A DNA stretch of 64,000 bases, from assembly GCA_009914755.4 (NCBI GenBank), contig CP086569.2:61952001-62016000 (forward strand), read 5' to 3'. Position numbers and translations under genes: made by a program. The notes under the pieces are model-generated. The model did not search any database, was not told the DNA's origin, and worked only from the letters and a program-made list of their open reading frames with translations. Below, piece by piece: positions 41,991 through 58,308 of this stretch (the stretch's first letter is position 1; each line of letters begins with the position of its first letter). The stretch is from the human T2T-CHM13v2.0 reference genome, Homo sapiens.

Positions 41991-44900
41991 ACGAAATTTC
42001 ACGGAATGGAATCAAACAGAATGGAATCAAATCAATGGAATATAATCAAATGGAATGGATAGGAATTGAATGGAATAGATTGGATTGGAAGGGATTGGAA
42101 TGCAATGGAATGGGAAGGACTCGAATTTCATGAAACGGAATGGAATGGACTCGAATGGAATGGAATGTCATGGAATGGCATCAAATGGAATGGCATCAAA
42201 TGGAATGGAATCGAATGCAATGGAATGTTATGGAATGGAGTGGAATGTATTGGAATGAAATGTCCTCTAATGGAATGGATTCGAGTGGAATGGAATCGAA
42301 TATAATGGAGTCGAATGAAATGGAATTGAAAGGAATGGGATCGAATAGAACGGAATATACTGGCATGTAATGTAATGAAGTCGAATGTAATTGACTGGAA
42401 TGGAATGTACGTGAATGGAATGTAATCGAATGGAAAGTAATCCAATGGAATAGAATCTAATGCAATAAAATCGACTCGAATGGAATAGAATGTAATGGAA
42501 TGGAATGCAGTGCAATGGAACGGAATGGAATGGAATGCAATGGAGTGGAATGGAATGGAATGGAATGGGATGGAATGGTATGGAATGGATAGGAATGGAC
42601 TGGAGTGAAATGGACTGGAAAGGAATGGACTCCAATTGAAAGGGCTCGAAAGGAATAGAGTCAAATGGAATGATCTGGAATGGAATGAACTCGTATGTAA
42701 TGCAATCCAATAGAATGGAAACAAATGGAATGGAATTGAATGGAATGGAATTGAATGGAATGGGAACGAATGGTGTGAAATTGTATGGAATAGAAGAGAA
42801 TAGAATGGAATGCAAGGGAAAGGAAAGGAATGGATTGGAATGGAATGGAATTCATTGGAATGGAAGGGAATGTAGTGTAATGGACAGGCCTGGAATAAAC
42901 TGGAATGCTACGGTCTCGAATGGAATAAAAATGTATGGAATGGAATGCAATGAAACGGAATCGAATGTCATAGAATGTAATGGAATGCAAAAAAATGGAC
43001 TCCAAAATCATTGACTGGAAAGGCTGGGTGTCGAAAGGAATTGACTCCAATGGAATTGAATCGAATGGAATGGAAGTGAATAGAATCGAACTAAATCGAA
43101 TGGAATGGAGTTGATAGGAACGGAATGGAAAGGAATGGAATGATTTGGCATAGAATGGAATCGAATGGCTTCGAATGGAATGGAATGAAATGCAATGGAA
43201 TGGAATGTATTAGAATGTAATGAACTTTAATGGGATGTACTCGAATGGATTCGACTGGAATGGAATGTTCTGGAAGTGAATGGACTCCAATGGAATGGAT
43301 TCGAAAGGATATGGAATCGAACGGAATGGAATCTAATGGAATGGAATTAAATGGAAAGGAATCAAATGGAATAGCACGGAATTGAATTGAATGGAATCGA
43401 ATGCAATGGAATCTAATGAAACGGAAAGGAAAGGAATGGAATGGAATGGAATGGGCTGGAATGGAATGGAATCGAAACGAATGGAATGGAATCGAACTGC
43501 AGAGACTGCAATGGAATGTACTGGAATGCAAGGGAGTGTAATGGAAGGTTCTCGAAAAGAATGGAATCGAATGGAAAGGAATTGAATGGAACGGAATAGA
43601 GTCGAATGGAATTGAATGGAATGGAATGGACTACAGTGAAATGGAATCGAGTCACAAGGAATGGACAGGAATAGAATGGTCTCGAATTGAATGGAATCAT
43701 ATGGAATGGCATCAACGGAATGGAATTGACAGCCACGGAATGGAATGCACTCGAATACAATGGAGTCGAAACTAATGGACTGGAACAGAATGGACTCGAC
43801 TGGTACGGACTCCAATGGAATGGAATCGAATGGAAGGGAATCGAACGGAATGGACACGAAGTGAAAACACTGCAACGGAAAGGTTTCGAATGGAATGTAG
43901 ATTAATGGAATGGAATGGAATCGAATGAAATGCAGTCAAAAGGAATGGAATCGAATGGCAAGGAATCGAATGTAATGGAATCGCAAGGAATGGATGTGAA
44001 CGGAACGGAATTGAATGGAATCCAAAGGAATGGAATAGAATGGAATGGAATCGAATGGAAAGGACTCGAATGGAAATCATTTGAATAAAATGAAATTTAA
44101 TAAAATAGGATCAAATGTAATGGAATGGAATGGAAAGGAATCGAAACGAAAGGAATGGAGACAGATGGAATGGAATGGAACAGAGAGCAATGGTATAGAA
44201 TGGAATGGAATCATCTGGAATGGATTTGAATGGAAAGGAATAATATGATATGGAATGGAATGGAATGGAATGCCCTTGAATTAAATGGACTGGAATGGAA
44301 TGGACTCGAACAGAGTGGAATGGAAAGTGTTGAAATAGAGTGGAATGGACTCATTTGGAATGGTCTAATATGCAATGGAATCGACTGGCAGGAAATCAAA
44401 TGGAAAGTAATCAAATGGATTGGACTGGAATGCAATGGACTCGAATAGATAGGAAACGGCATGCAAAGGAATGGAATGGAATAGTATAGAATGGAATGGA
44501 AAGGAATGGAGTGGAATAGACTAGAGTGGAATGGAATGGACTCGAAAGCAATGGACTGGAATGGAACTTTCTTGAATGGACTGGAATCAAACGGAATGGA
44601 ATGCAATGCAATCAAATGGCATGGAATAAAATAGAATGAAAGAGAATCAAATGGAATTGAATCGAATGGAATCGAATGGATTGGAAAGGAATAGAATGGA
44701 ATGGAATGGAACTGACTCAAATGGAATGGACTAGAATGGAATGGAGTCGAATGGAAGGCAAAGTAATAGAATCTATTGGAATGGACTGTAATGGAATGGA
44801 ATGGAAGGGATTGGAATGGACTCGAATGGAATGGACTGCAATAGAAAGGATTCGAATGGAATGAAAAAGAATTGAATGGAATAGAACAGAATGGAATCAA

Positions 44901-45489
44901 ATCGAATGTAACGGAATGGAATTGAAAGGAATGGAATGAAATGGAATGGAAAGGATTCGAATGGAATGCAATCGAAGGGAATGTAATCGAATGGAATGGA
45001 ATCGAACGGAATGGAATAAAATGGAAGAAAACTGGCAAGAAATGGAATCGAAATGAATGGAGTGTTATGGAACGGACTCAAAAGGAATTGAATGTAATAG
45101 AAAGGAGTGGAGTGGACTCGAATATAATGGACTGGAATGGAATGGAATCACATGGAATGGGAACGAATGGAATGGAATGGAAAGGAATGGAATGGAACGG
45201 AAAGGAATCGAATGGAAGGGAATTAAATTGAATCAACAGGAATGGAAGGGAATAGAATAGACTGTAATGGAATGGACTCGAATAGAATGGACACGAATGC
45301 TCAAATTGAATGGACTCGTATAGAATGGAAACGAAAGGAATGTCATCGAATGGAATTGAATCCATTGGAATGAAATCGCATAGAATGGAGTGGAATCAAA
45401 TGGAATTGAATCGAACGTAAAGGAAGCAAATGGACTGAAATGAAATGGAATGGAATTGAATGGAAAGTAATGCAATGGAAAAGAATGGA
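41991..45489. repeat. DYZ1-like HOR copy 13 (3499 bp); more diverged
   Basis: Defined by landmark period. It carries many private substitutions (for example ORFs 43091..43531 and 43333..43875 are altered). Confidence 0.8.
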
Positions 45490-48400
45490 ACGAAATTTCA
45501 CGGAATGGAATCAAACTGAATGGAATCAAATCAATGGAATCAAATCAAATGGAATGGAAAGGAATTGAATGGAGTAGATTGGATTGGATGGGATTGGAAT
45601 GAAATGTACTGGAAAGGACTCGAATTTCATGAAACGGAATGGAATGAATTGGAACGGAATGGACTCGAATGGAATGGAATGTCATGGAATGGCATCAAAT
45701 GGAATGGCATCAAATGGAATGGAATCGAATGCAATGGAATGATATGGAATGGAATGGGATGCATTGGAATGAAATGTCCTCTAATGGAATGGATTCGAGT
45801 GGAATGGAATCGAATATAATGGAGTCGAATGAAATGGAATTGAAAGGAATGGGATCGAATAGAATGGAATATACTGGAATGTAATGTAATGAAGTCGAAG
45901 GTAATTGACTGGAATGGAATGTACGTGAATGGAATGTAATCGAATGGAAAGTAATCCAATGGAATAGAATCTAATGCAATAAAATCGACTCGAATGGAAT
46001 AGAATGTAATGGAATGGAATGCAGTGAAATGGAACGGAATGGAATGGCATGCAATGGAGTGGAATGGAATGGAATGCAATGGGATGGAATGGTATGGAAT
46101 GGACAGGAATGGACTGGAATGAAATGGACTGGAAAAGAATGGACTCAAATTGAAAGGGCTCGAAAGGAATGGAGTCAAATGGAATGGTCTGGAATGCAAT
46201 GAACTCGAATGTAATGCAATCCAATAGAATGGAATCGAATGGCATGGAATATAAAGAAATGCAATCGAAGAGAATGGAAACAAATGGAATGGAATTGAAT
46301 GGAATGGGAACGAATGGAGTGAAATTGTATGGAATAGAAGAGAATAGAATGGAATGCAAGCGAAAGGACAGGAATGGATTGGAATGGAATGGAATTCATT
46401 GGAATGGAAGGGAATGTAGTGTAATGGACAGGCCTGGAATAAACTGGAATGCTACGGTCTCGAATGGAATAAAAATGTATGGAATGGAATTCAATGAAAC
46501 GGAATCGAATGTCATAGAATGTAATGGAATGCAAAAAAATGGACTCCAAAATCATTGACAGGAAAGGCTGGGTGTCGAAAGGAATTGACTCCAATGGAAT
46601 GGAATCGAATGGAATGGAAGTGAATAGAATCGAATTAAATCGAATGGAATGGAATTAATAGGAACAGAATGGAAAGGAATGCAATGATTTGGCATGGAAT
46701 GGAATCGAATGGCATCGAATGGAATGGAATGGAATGCAATGGAATGGAATGTATTATAATGTAATGAACTTTAGTGTAATGTACTCGAATGGATTCTACT
46801 GGAATGGAATGTTCTGGAAGTGAATGGACTCCAATGGAATGGATTCGAAAGGAATGGAATCTAATGGAATGGAATTAAATGGAAAGGAATCAAATTGAAT
46901 AGCACGGAATTGAATTGAATGGAATCGAATGCAATGGAATCTAATGAAACGGAAAGGAAAGGAATGGAATGGAAGTGAATGGGCTGGAATGGAATGGAAT
47001 CGAAACGAATGGAATGCAATCGAACTGAAGAGAATGGAATGTAATGAACTGGAATGGAAAGGAGTGTAATGGAAGGTTCTCGAAAAAAATGGGATCGAAT
47101 GGAATGGAATGGAATGGAACGGAATAGAGTCGATTGGAATTCATTGGAATGGAATGGAGTAGAGTGAAATGGAATCGAATCACAAGGAATGGACAGGAAT
47201 AGAATGGTCTCGAATTGAATGGAATCGTATGGAATGGCATCAAACGGAATGGAATGGACAGCCACGGAATGGAATGCACTCGAATGCAATGGAGTCGAAA
47301 CTAATGGACTGGAATAGAATGGACTCGACTGGTATGGACTCCAATGGAATGGAATCGAATGGAAGGGAATCGTACGGAATGGACTCGAAGTGAAAAGACT
47401 GCAACGGAAAGGTTTCGAATGGAATGGAAATTAATGGAATGGAATGGAATCGACTGAAATGGAGTCAAAAGGAATGGAATCGAATGGCAAGGAATCGAAT
47501 GTAATGGAATCGCAAGGAATGGATGTGAACGGAACGGAATGGAATGGAATCAAAAGGAATGGAATAGAATGGAATGGAATCGAATGGAAAGGACTCGAAT
47601 GGAAATCACTTGAATAGAATGAAATTTAATAAAATAGGATCAAATGTAATGGAATGGAATGGAAAGGAATCGAAACGAAAGGAATGGAGACAGATGGAAT
47701 GGAATGGAACAGAGAGCAATGGTATAGAATGGAATGGAATCATCTGGAATGGAATTGAATGGAATGGAATAATATGATATGGAATGGAATGGAATGGAAT
47801 GCCCTTGAATTATATGGACTGGAATGGAATGGACTCGAACAGAGTGGAATGGAAAGTGTTGAAATAGAATGGAATGGACTCCTTTGGAATGGTCTAGTAT
47901 GCAATGCAATCGACTGGCAGGGAATCAAAAGGAATGTAATCGAATGGATTGGACTGGAATGCAATGGACTCGAATAGATAGGAAACAGAATGCAAAGGAA
48001 TGGAATGGAATAGTATGGAATGTAATGGAAAGGAATGGAGTGGAATAGACTAGAGTGGAATGAAATGGACTCGAAAGCAATGGACTGGAATGGAACTTTC
48101 TTGAATGGACTGGAATCAAACGGAATGGAATGCAATGCAATCAAATGGCATGGAATAAAATAGAATGAAAGAGAATCAAATGGAATTGAATCGAATGGAA
48201 TCGAATGGATTGGAAAGGAATAGAATGGAATGGAATGGAACTGACTCAAATGGAATGGACTAGAATGGAATGGAGTGGAATGGAATGCAAAGGAATAGAA
48301 TCTATTGGAATGGACTGTAATGGAATGGAATGGAAGGGATTGGAATGGACTCGAATGGAATGGACTGCAATAGAAAGGATTCGAATGGAATGAAAAGGAA

Positions 48401-49022
48401 TTGAATGGAATAGAACAGAATGGAATCAAATCGAATGTAACGGAATGGAATTGAAAGGAATGGAATGAAATGGAATGGAATGGAAAGGATTCGAATGGAA
48501 TGCAGTCAAAGGGAATGCAATCGAATGGAATGGAATCGAACGGAATGGAATAAAATGGAAGAAAACTGGCAAGAAATGGAATCGAAATGAATGGCGTGTT
48601 ATGGAACGGACTCAAAAGGAATTGAATGTAATAGAAAGGAGTAGGGTGGACTCGAATATAATGGACTGGAATGGAATGGAATCACATGGAATGGGAACGA
48701 ATGGAATGGAATGGAAAGGAATGGAATCGAATGGAAAGGAATCGAATGGAAGGGAAGGAAATTGAATCAACAGGAATGGAAGGGAATAGAATAGACTGTA
48801 GTGGAATGGAGTCGAATAGAATGGACACGAATGCTCAAATTGAATGGACTCGTATAGAATGGAAACGAAAGAATGTCATCGAATGGAATTGAATCGATTG
48901 GAATGAAATGGCATAGAATGGAGTGGAATCAAATGGAATTGAATCGAAAGTAAAGGAAGCGAATGGACTGAAATGAAATGGAATGGAATTGAATGGAAAG
49001 TAATGCAATGGAATAGAGTGGA
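45490..49022. repeat. DYZ1-like HOR copy 14 (3533 bp); diverged, carries a ~45-bp insertion
   Basis: Landmark period 3533. An insertion, aatcgaatggcatggaatataaagaaatgcaatcgaagagaatgg, lies at about 46233-46277. Confidence 0.8.
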
Positions 49023-50116
49023 ACGAAATTTCACGGAATGGAATCAAACAGAATGGAATCAAATCAATGGAATATAATCAAATGGAATGGATAGGAATTG
49101 AATGGAATAGATTGGATTGGAAGGGATTGGAATGCAATGGAATGGGAAGGACTCGAATTTCATGAAACGGAATGGAATGAATTGGAATGGAATGGAATGT
49201 CATGGAATGGCATCAAATGGAATGGCATCAAATGGAATGGAATCGAATGCAATGGAATGTTATGGAATGGAATGGAATGTATTGGAATGAAATGTCCTCT
49301 AATGGAATGGATTCGAGTGGAATGGAATCGAATATAATGGAGTCGAATGAAATGGAATTGAAAGGAATGGGATCGAATAGAATGGAATATACTGGAATGC
49401 AATGTAATGAAGTCGAATGTAATTGACTGGAATGGAATGTGCATGAATGGAATGTAATCGAATGGAAAGTAATCCAATGGAATAGAATCTAATGGAATAA
49501 AATCGACTCAAATGGAATACTATGTAATGGAATGGAATGCAGTGCAATGGAACGGAATGGAATGGAATGCAATGGAGTGGAATGGAATGGAATGCAATGG
49601 GATGGAATTTTATGGAATGGATAGGAGTGGACTGGAGTGAAATGGACTGGAAAGGAATGGACTCCAATTGAAAGGGATTGAAAGGAATGGAGTCAAATGG
49701 AATGGTCTGGAATGGAATGAACTCGAATGTAATGCATTTCAATAGAATGCAATCGAATGGCATGGAATATAAAGAAATGGATTCAAAGAGAATGGAAACA
49801 AACGGAATGGAATTGAGTGGAATGTAATTGAATGCAATGGGAACGAATGGAGTGAAATTGTATGGAATAGAAGAGAATAGAATGGAATGCAAGCGAAAGG
49901 AAAGGAATGTATCGGAATGGAATGGAATTCATTGGAATGGAAGGGAATGTAGTGTAATGGACAGGCCTGGAATAAACTGGAATGCTACGGTCTCGAATGG
50001 AAAAAAAATTTATGGAATGCAATGCAATGAAACGGAATCGAATGTCATAGAATGTAATGGAATGCAAAAAAATGGACTCCAAAATCATTGATTGGAAAGG
50101 CTGTGTGTCGAAAGGA
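49023..50116. repeat. DYZ1-like HOR copy 15, truncated (1094 bp), ends at the satellite junction
   Basis: It carries the same ~45-bp insertion as copy 14, at about 49749-49793. Pentamer sequence stops at ...gtgtcgaaaggaat (50116). Confidence 0.8.
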
Positions 50117-50827
50117 ATAAATAACTATATAATATATTATATATAACTATATATTATGTTATATATAGTTTTATTACATAATTTACATAAAATATGATAA
50201 TATAATATTTATTATATTATTTTATATATCATAATATATATTATATATCACACAGTGTAAGTTATATACATAATATTAAAATATAGATTATATTATGATA
50301 TATTGAATATCATATATATCATGTATCTTATATTGTATAATATATATTATCCATTATATAATATGTATGTTGTCTGTTATATGAGATATATATAACTATA
50401 TATATAATTATATAATTATACATATAACTACATAAACATGTAATTCTATATATTGTCATTTATAATATATATAATTATATAATCATATATAATTATTTAT
50501 ATTCTATAAAAAATTATATCATTATCTAAATTATAATATATATAAATTATAATATGTACTAAAAATATATATATTATATATCATATATGTTACAGTACAT
50601 ATGATATATATCATATTACATATAACTATGTATTATGTTATCTATAATTATATATTTTCATATATAAGATGTATAGCATGTATTATATATTATATATGTT
50701 ATGTAACCTATATAGTATATATAAGATGACACAGGGTAAATATTATATACTATGACGTATAAAATATATGAGGTTATAGGTTACATATAAAGCATATTAC
50801 ATAACATATAATATATATCATATATAA
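50117..50827. repeat. DYZ2-like partial unit (AT-rich tail only), subfamily A
   Basis: 50117-50230 aligns to about 52548-52660 of the next unit (…aactatatattat(g/a)ttatatatagttttattacataatttacataa…). Confidence 0.75.
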
Positions 50828-51122
<295 letters not shown>

Positions 51123-51695
51123 TACATATTTTTTAAATGAAAAAAAATTTCAAAGGTACTCTGCTTGGTACAATAATCAAATGTATAAACTGAGGAATAA
51201 AACATAACCATGAAACATATTTATAACTGCATATGGAAAATACAGAGGATAATTTTTTAAATAACATATTTTGAAAGCCTTAACTAGTAATTTGAAGAGT
51301 TGGCATTTGAAAGGCCAGTATGAATATAGCTTCCAAGCAGCAACACAGGTTCCCCTGAGAAAAATCAAACTCAGGGAAAATAAAACCACAAAGGTTCAAT
51401 CTCTTCTGACCTTTGAAAGACACAGCACAGACAGTGGTCCTTAGGACCAAGAGCAGGAGACCCCTAATCCCGTCACCATGGCGATAGGGCATAAACATTG
51501 CTGGGTGAGGGCACAATCCACATTGTGAGGTCCAACTGCTGCCAGGAAGACAGGAGTGCTTTTACATAGACCGAAACGTCATTGAAGGCTCAGAGTTTTG
51601 TTTCAAAAACTGAATCCCAAACCCACACGTTATTAGGCTGCGCTTCTTAAAACAAGTTATGAGATGGGAAATAAGGCACCCACAAACATACGTAT
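51123..51695. other. ~575-bp moderate-GC unique segment of the DYZ2 unit (non-Alu, non-AT), origin unrecognised
   Basis: …gaggataattttttaaataacatattttgaaagccttaactagtaatttgaagagttggcatttgaaaggccagtatgaatat…ggcataaacattgctgggtgagggcacaatccacattgtgaggtccaactgctgccaggaagacaggagtgcttttacatagacc…. It recurs once per unit at 53534-54108, 55925-56495, 58309-58875, 60699-61270 and 63096-63668. Confidence 0.7.
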
Positions 51696-53217
51696 ATATT
51701 ATGTATATAATAATATACAGTATCATATATATACTATATATAACCTATGAATAATATTGTTTTACATCCTGCATCTTATATTATATATAGTATAGAATAT
51801 AATAATTGATAATATATAATTTTATATTTATACAATATGACATATAATATATATTATACCTTATGACATATAATATATATATTATATATCATATATATAA
51901 TATATTATATGGTTAATATACGTATTAAATATAAATAAACATTACATATATTATATATAATATATCTGTTATATATAATATATATTATATGTAATATATA
52001 TATTGTCTATGTTATATATAGTATAAAACATCATATAATAATATATAATGGTATATATAAAATATGACATATAATATATATTATATTTTATGACATATAT
52101 AATATATATTTTATATTATATATAATACATTGTATGTATAATACCTGTATTAAAGATATAGTATATGACTATGCTATTAATTACATGTCATATATGTTAT
52201 ATATTATATATTTTACATAGAATATACTGGTTACATATAATATATACTATGTTACCTATAATGTATAGTTTATTACATATAATATAATGAATGTCATATA
52301 TTATATATAATTTATAATATACAATATGTGGAATGTGATATATATAACATAAAATATATGATATATGATATACAATATATGATATATAACATACAATATA
52401 TGATACATAATATATATGGTAAACAATATATATTTTATGATATGTATTATATATGTTTTACATTCTGTTATATATACCTATTTGAAATTATATATAACTG
52501 TATAATATTTTATGTAAATATGTAATATAATATATATAAGTATGTAATATATTATATATAACTATATATTATATTATATATAGTTTTATTACATAATTTA
52601 CATAACATATCATAATATAATATTTATTATATTATTTTATATTACATAATATATATTCTATATCACACAATAAAAGTTACATACATAATATTAAAATATA
52701 GAGTATATTATGATATATTAAATATCATATATATCATGTATCATATATTGTATAGTATATACTATACATTATATAATAAGTATGTTGTCTGTTATGTGAT
52801 ATATATAACTATATATATAATTATATTATTATACATATAACTACATGAACATGTAATTCCATATATTTCCATTTATAATATATATAATTATATAATCATA
52901 TATAACTATTTATATTCTATAAAAAATTATATCATTATATAAATTATAATATATATAAATTATAATATGTACTAAAAATATATATATTATATATCATATA
53001 GGATACAGTACATATGTTATATATCATATTACATATAACTATGTATTATGTTATCTATAATTATATATTTTCCTATATAAGATGTATAGTATGTATTATA
53101 TATTATGTATGTTATGTAACCTATATAGTATATATAAGATGATACAGGGTAAATATTATATCCTATGACGTATAAAATATATGAGGTTATATGTTACATA
53201 TAAATCATATTACATAA

Positions 53218-55628
<2,411 letters not shown>

Positions 55629-55924
55629 TTTTTATTTAGACAGAGTCTTGTCCTGTTCCACTGGGTGGAGTAAAATGGCGCCATCTTTGCTCATTGCAAC
55701 ATCTGCCTCACGGCTTGAAGCGATTGTGCCCCCTCAGCCTCCCAGGTAGCTGGGAGTACACCACACTGGGGCTACACCAGCTGCCACCATGCCTAGATAA
55801 TGTTTTGGATTTTTAGTAGTGACAGCGTTTCACTGTATTGGCCAGGATGGTCTTGATCTCTTCACCTTGTGATCCCCTTGCCTTGCCCTCCAAATTTGCT
55901 GGGATTACAGGCCTGAGCCAAGAT
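55629..55924 (-). mobile_element. Alu SINE copy (B-type)
   Basis: tttatttagacagagtcttgtcctgtt…gctgggattacaggcctgagccaagat. Confidence 0.85.
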
Positions 55925-58013
55925 CCATATTTTTTAAATGAAAAAAAATTTCAAAGGTACTCTGCTCGGTACAAAAATCAAATATATAAACTGAGGGATA
56001 AAACATAACCATGGAACATATTTACAACTGCATATGGAAAATACAGAGGAGAATTTTTTAAGTAACATATTTTCAAAGCATTAACTAGTAATTTGAAGAG
56101 TTGGCATTTGAAAGGCCAGTATGAATATACCTTCAAAGCAGCAACACAGTTTCCCCATGAGAAAAATCAAACTCAGGGAAAATGAAACCACAAAGTTTCA
56201 CTCTGTTCTGACTATTGAAAAACACAGCACAGACAGTGGCCCTTAGGACCAAGAGGAGGAGGTCCCTAATCCCGTCACCATGGCGATAGGGCATAAACAT
56301 TGCAGGGTGACGACACAATCCACATTGTGAGGTCCAACTGCTGCCAGGAAGACAGGAGTGCTTTTACATAGACCCAAAGGTCATTGAAGGCTCAGTGTTT
56401 TCTTTCAAAAACTGAATCCCAAGCCCACACATTATTATGCTGCGCTTCTTAAAACAAGTTATGAGATGGGAAATAGGGCACCCACAAATATATCTATACA
56501 TTATGTATATAATAATATATAGAATCATATATATAATATATGTAACATATATATATAATACTGTTTTACACCCTGCATCTTATATTATCTATCTTATGTG
56601 TATTATAATAACTGATAAAGTATAAGTATTATATTTATAAACTATGAAATTTAATAATTATATTTTATGACATATATAATATATATTATATATCATATAT
56701 AGAATATATTATATGGTTAATATACGTATTAAATATATAATATTCATTATATACATTATATATATCTACGTTATATATAACATTCATTATAGATAATACA
56801 TATCTTATATCTAGCTTATAAATAATATAAAATAACCCATAATAATATGTAATTGTATATATAAAATATAACATATAATATATATTATATTTTGACACAT
56901 ATATGATATATATTATATATTATATATAATACGTTGTATGTATAATACATATATTAAATATACATTATATGTCTCTGTTATTAATTCTATGTAATATATG
57001 TTATATATTACATATTTTACATAGAATACACATGTTACATAGAATATATACTATGTTACATATAACGTAGAATTTATTATATGTAATAAAATGTATGTCA
57101 TATATTTTATATTCTTTATAATGTACAATATGTGGAATGTGATATATATAACATGTAATATATGATATATGATATACAATATATGATATATAACATAACA
57201 TATGATACCTACTACATATGGTATGCAATATATATTTTATGATATATATTATATATGTTTTATATTATATTATATATAACTGTTTAAAATTATATATAAC
57301 TATAACATTATAAGTAAATATATAATACAACATATATCACCATATATTATGTTACATATAATTTTATTACATACTTTCCATAATATATCATAATATAATA
57401 TATATTATATTATATTATTTTATATTACATAATATATATTATATATCACATAGTATAAGTTACATACATAATATTGAAATATATATTATTTTATCATATA
57501 TACAATATCATATATATTATGTATCCTATATTATATAATATATGTTATATAATATGTAGGGTGTCTATTATATGCTATATATAATTATATATATAATTGT
57601 AGTATACACATAACGATATAAATATGTAATTATATTTATCATTATTTATATTACATATAATTATATAATCATATATAATAATTTATATTATATAAATAAT
57701 TATATCATTATATAAATTATAGTATATATAAATTATAATATGTGATAAATAATATATATTATATATCATATATGATATAGTATATATGTTATGTATCATA
57801 TTATATATCAATATATGTTATGTTATCTATAATTATATATTTTCATAAATAAGATGTATAATATGAATTATATATTATATATGTTATGAAATATATATAA
57901 TATATACAATACGACAGAGGATAAACGTTATATATTATGACATATGATATATATGCGGTTATATATTACGTATAAAGCATATTACATAACATATGATATA
58001 TATCATACATACT
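55629..58013. repeat. DYZ2-like unit 3 (2385 bp), subfamily B, dimer phase 1
   Basis: Its Alu has cacggcttgaag and tattttttaaatg, shared with unit 5. Confidence 0.75.
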
Positions 58014-58308
58014 TTTTATTTAGACAGAGTCTTGTCCTGTTGCACAGGGTGGAGTACAATGGCGCCATCTTTGCTCACTGCAACATCTGCCTCACGGGTT
58101 CAAGTGATTGGGCCCCCTCAGCCTCCCAGGTAGCTGGGAGTACACCACACTGGGGCTTCACCAGCTGCCACCATGCCTAGATAATGTTTTGGATTTTTAG
58201 TAGTGACAGCGTTTCACTGTATTGGCCAGGATGGTCTTGATCTCTTCACCTTGTGATCCCCTTGCCTTGCCCCCAAATTTGCTGGGATTACAGGCCTGAG
58301 CCAAGATA
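58014..58308 (-). mobile_element. Alu SINE copy (B-type)
   Basis: Same as above. Confidence 0.85.

Larger units (their letters stand above)
1..50116. repeat. DYZ1: HSat3 / (GGAAT)n pentanucleotide satellite array in ~3.5-kb higher-order repeats (DYZ1-like, Yq12), 14 full copies plus 1 partial
   Basis: The plus strand is dominated by GGAAT/AATGG pentamers. Landmark motifs such as aaatttcac recur at 4, 3507, 7005, 10503, 13971, 17469, 20967, 24470, 27982, 31486, 34994, 38495, 41994, 45493 and 49026. The same ORF-track peptides recur at the same period. Confidence 0.9.

Noticed and set aside
1-50116. Hundreds of ORFs of 60-290 aa on both strands (for example the 275-aa ORF at 2225..3052 repeated every ~3.5 kb, and MEWNGMEWNG… ORFs on the plus strand)
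   Set aside because: They are pure frame artefacts of a 5-bp repeat. GGAAT read in frame gives the periodic peptides G-M-E-W-N on the plus strand and I-P-F-H-S on the minus strand. The ORFs overlap each other on both strands, have no start or stop context, and recur only because the DNA itself is tandemly repeated. There is no domain-like composition.
1-50116. Assignment to autosomal HSat3 (for example the 9q12 nuclear-stress-body locus) or HSat2
   Set aside because: A regular ~3.5-kb HOR directly abutting a 2.4-kb Alu-containing AT-rich satellite is the DYZ1/DYZ2 signature of Yq12, and HSat2 has a different, more degenerate (CATTC)-derived structure. This call needs confirmation by alignment to chrY.
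57944-58180. 78-aa plus-strand ORF in DYZ2 unit 4 running through the antisense Alu
   Set aside because: It is present in only one of six units, because of private substitutions, and its translation is antisense Alu sequence. It is not a gene.
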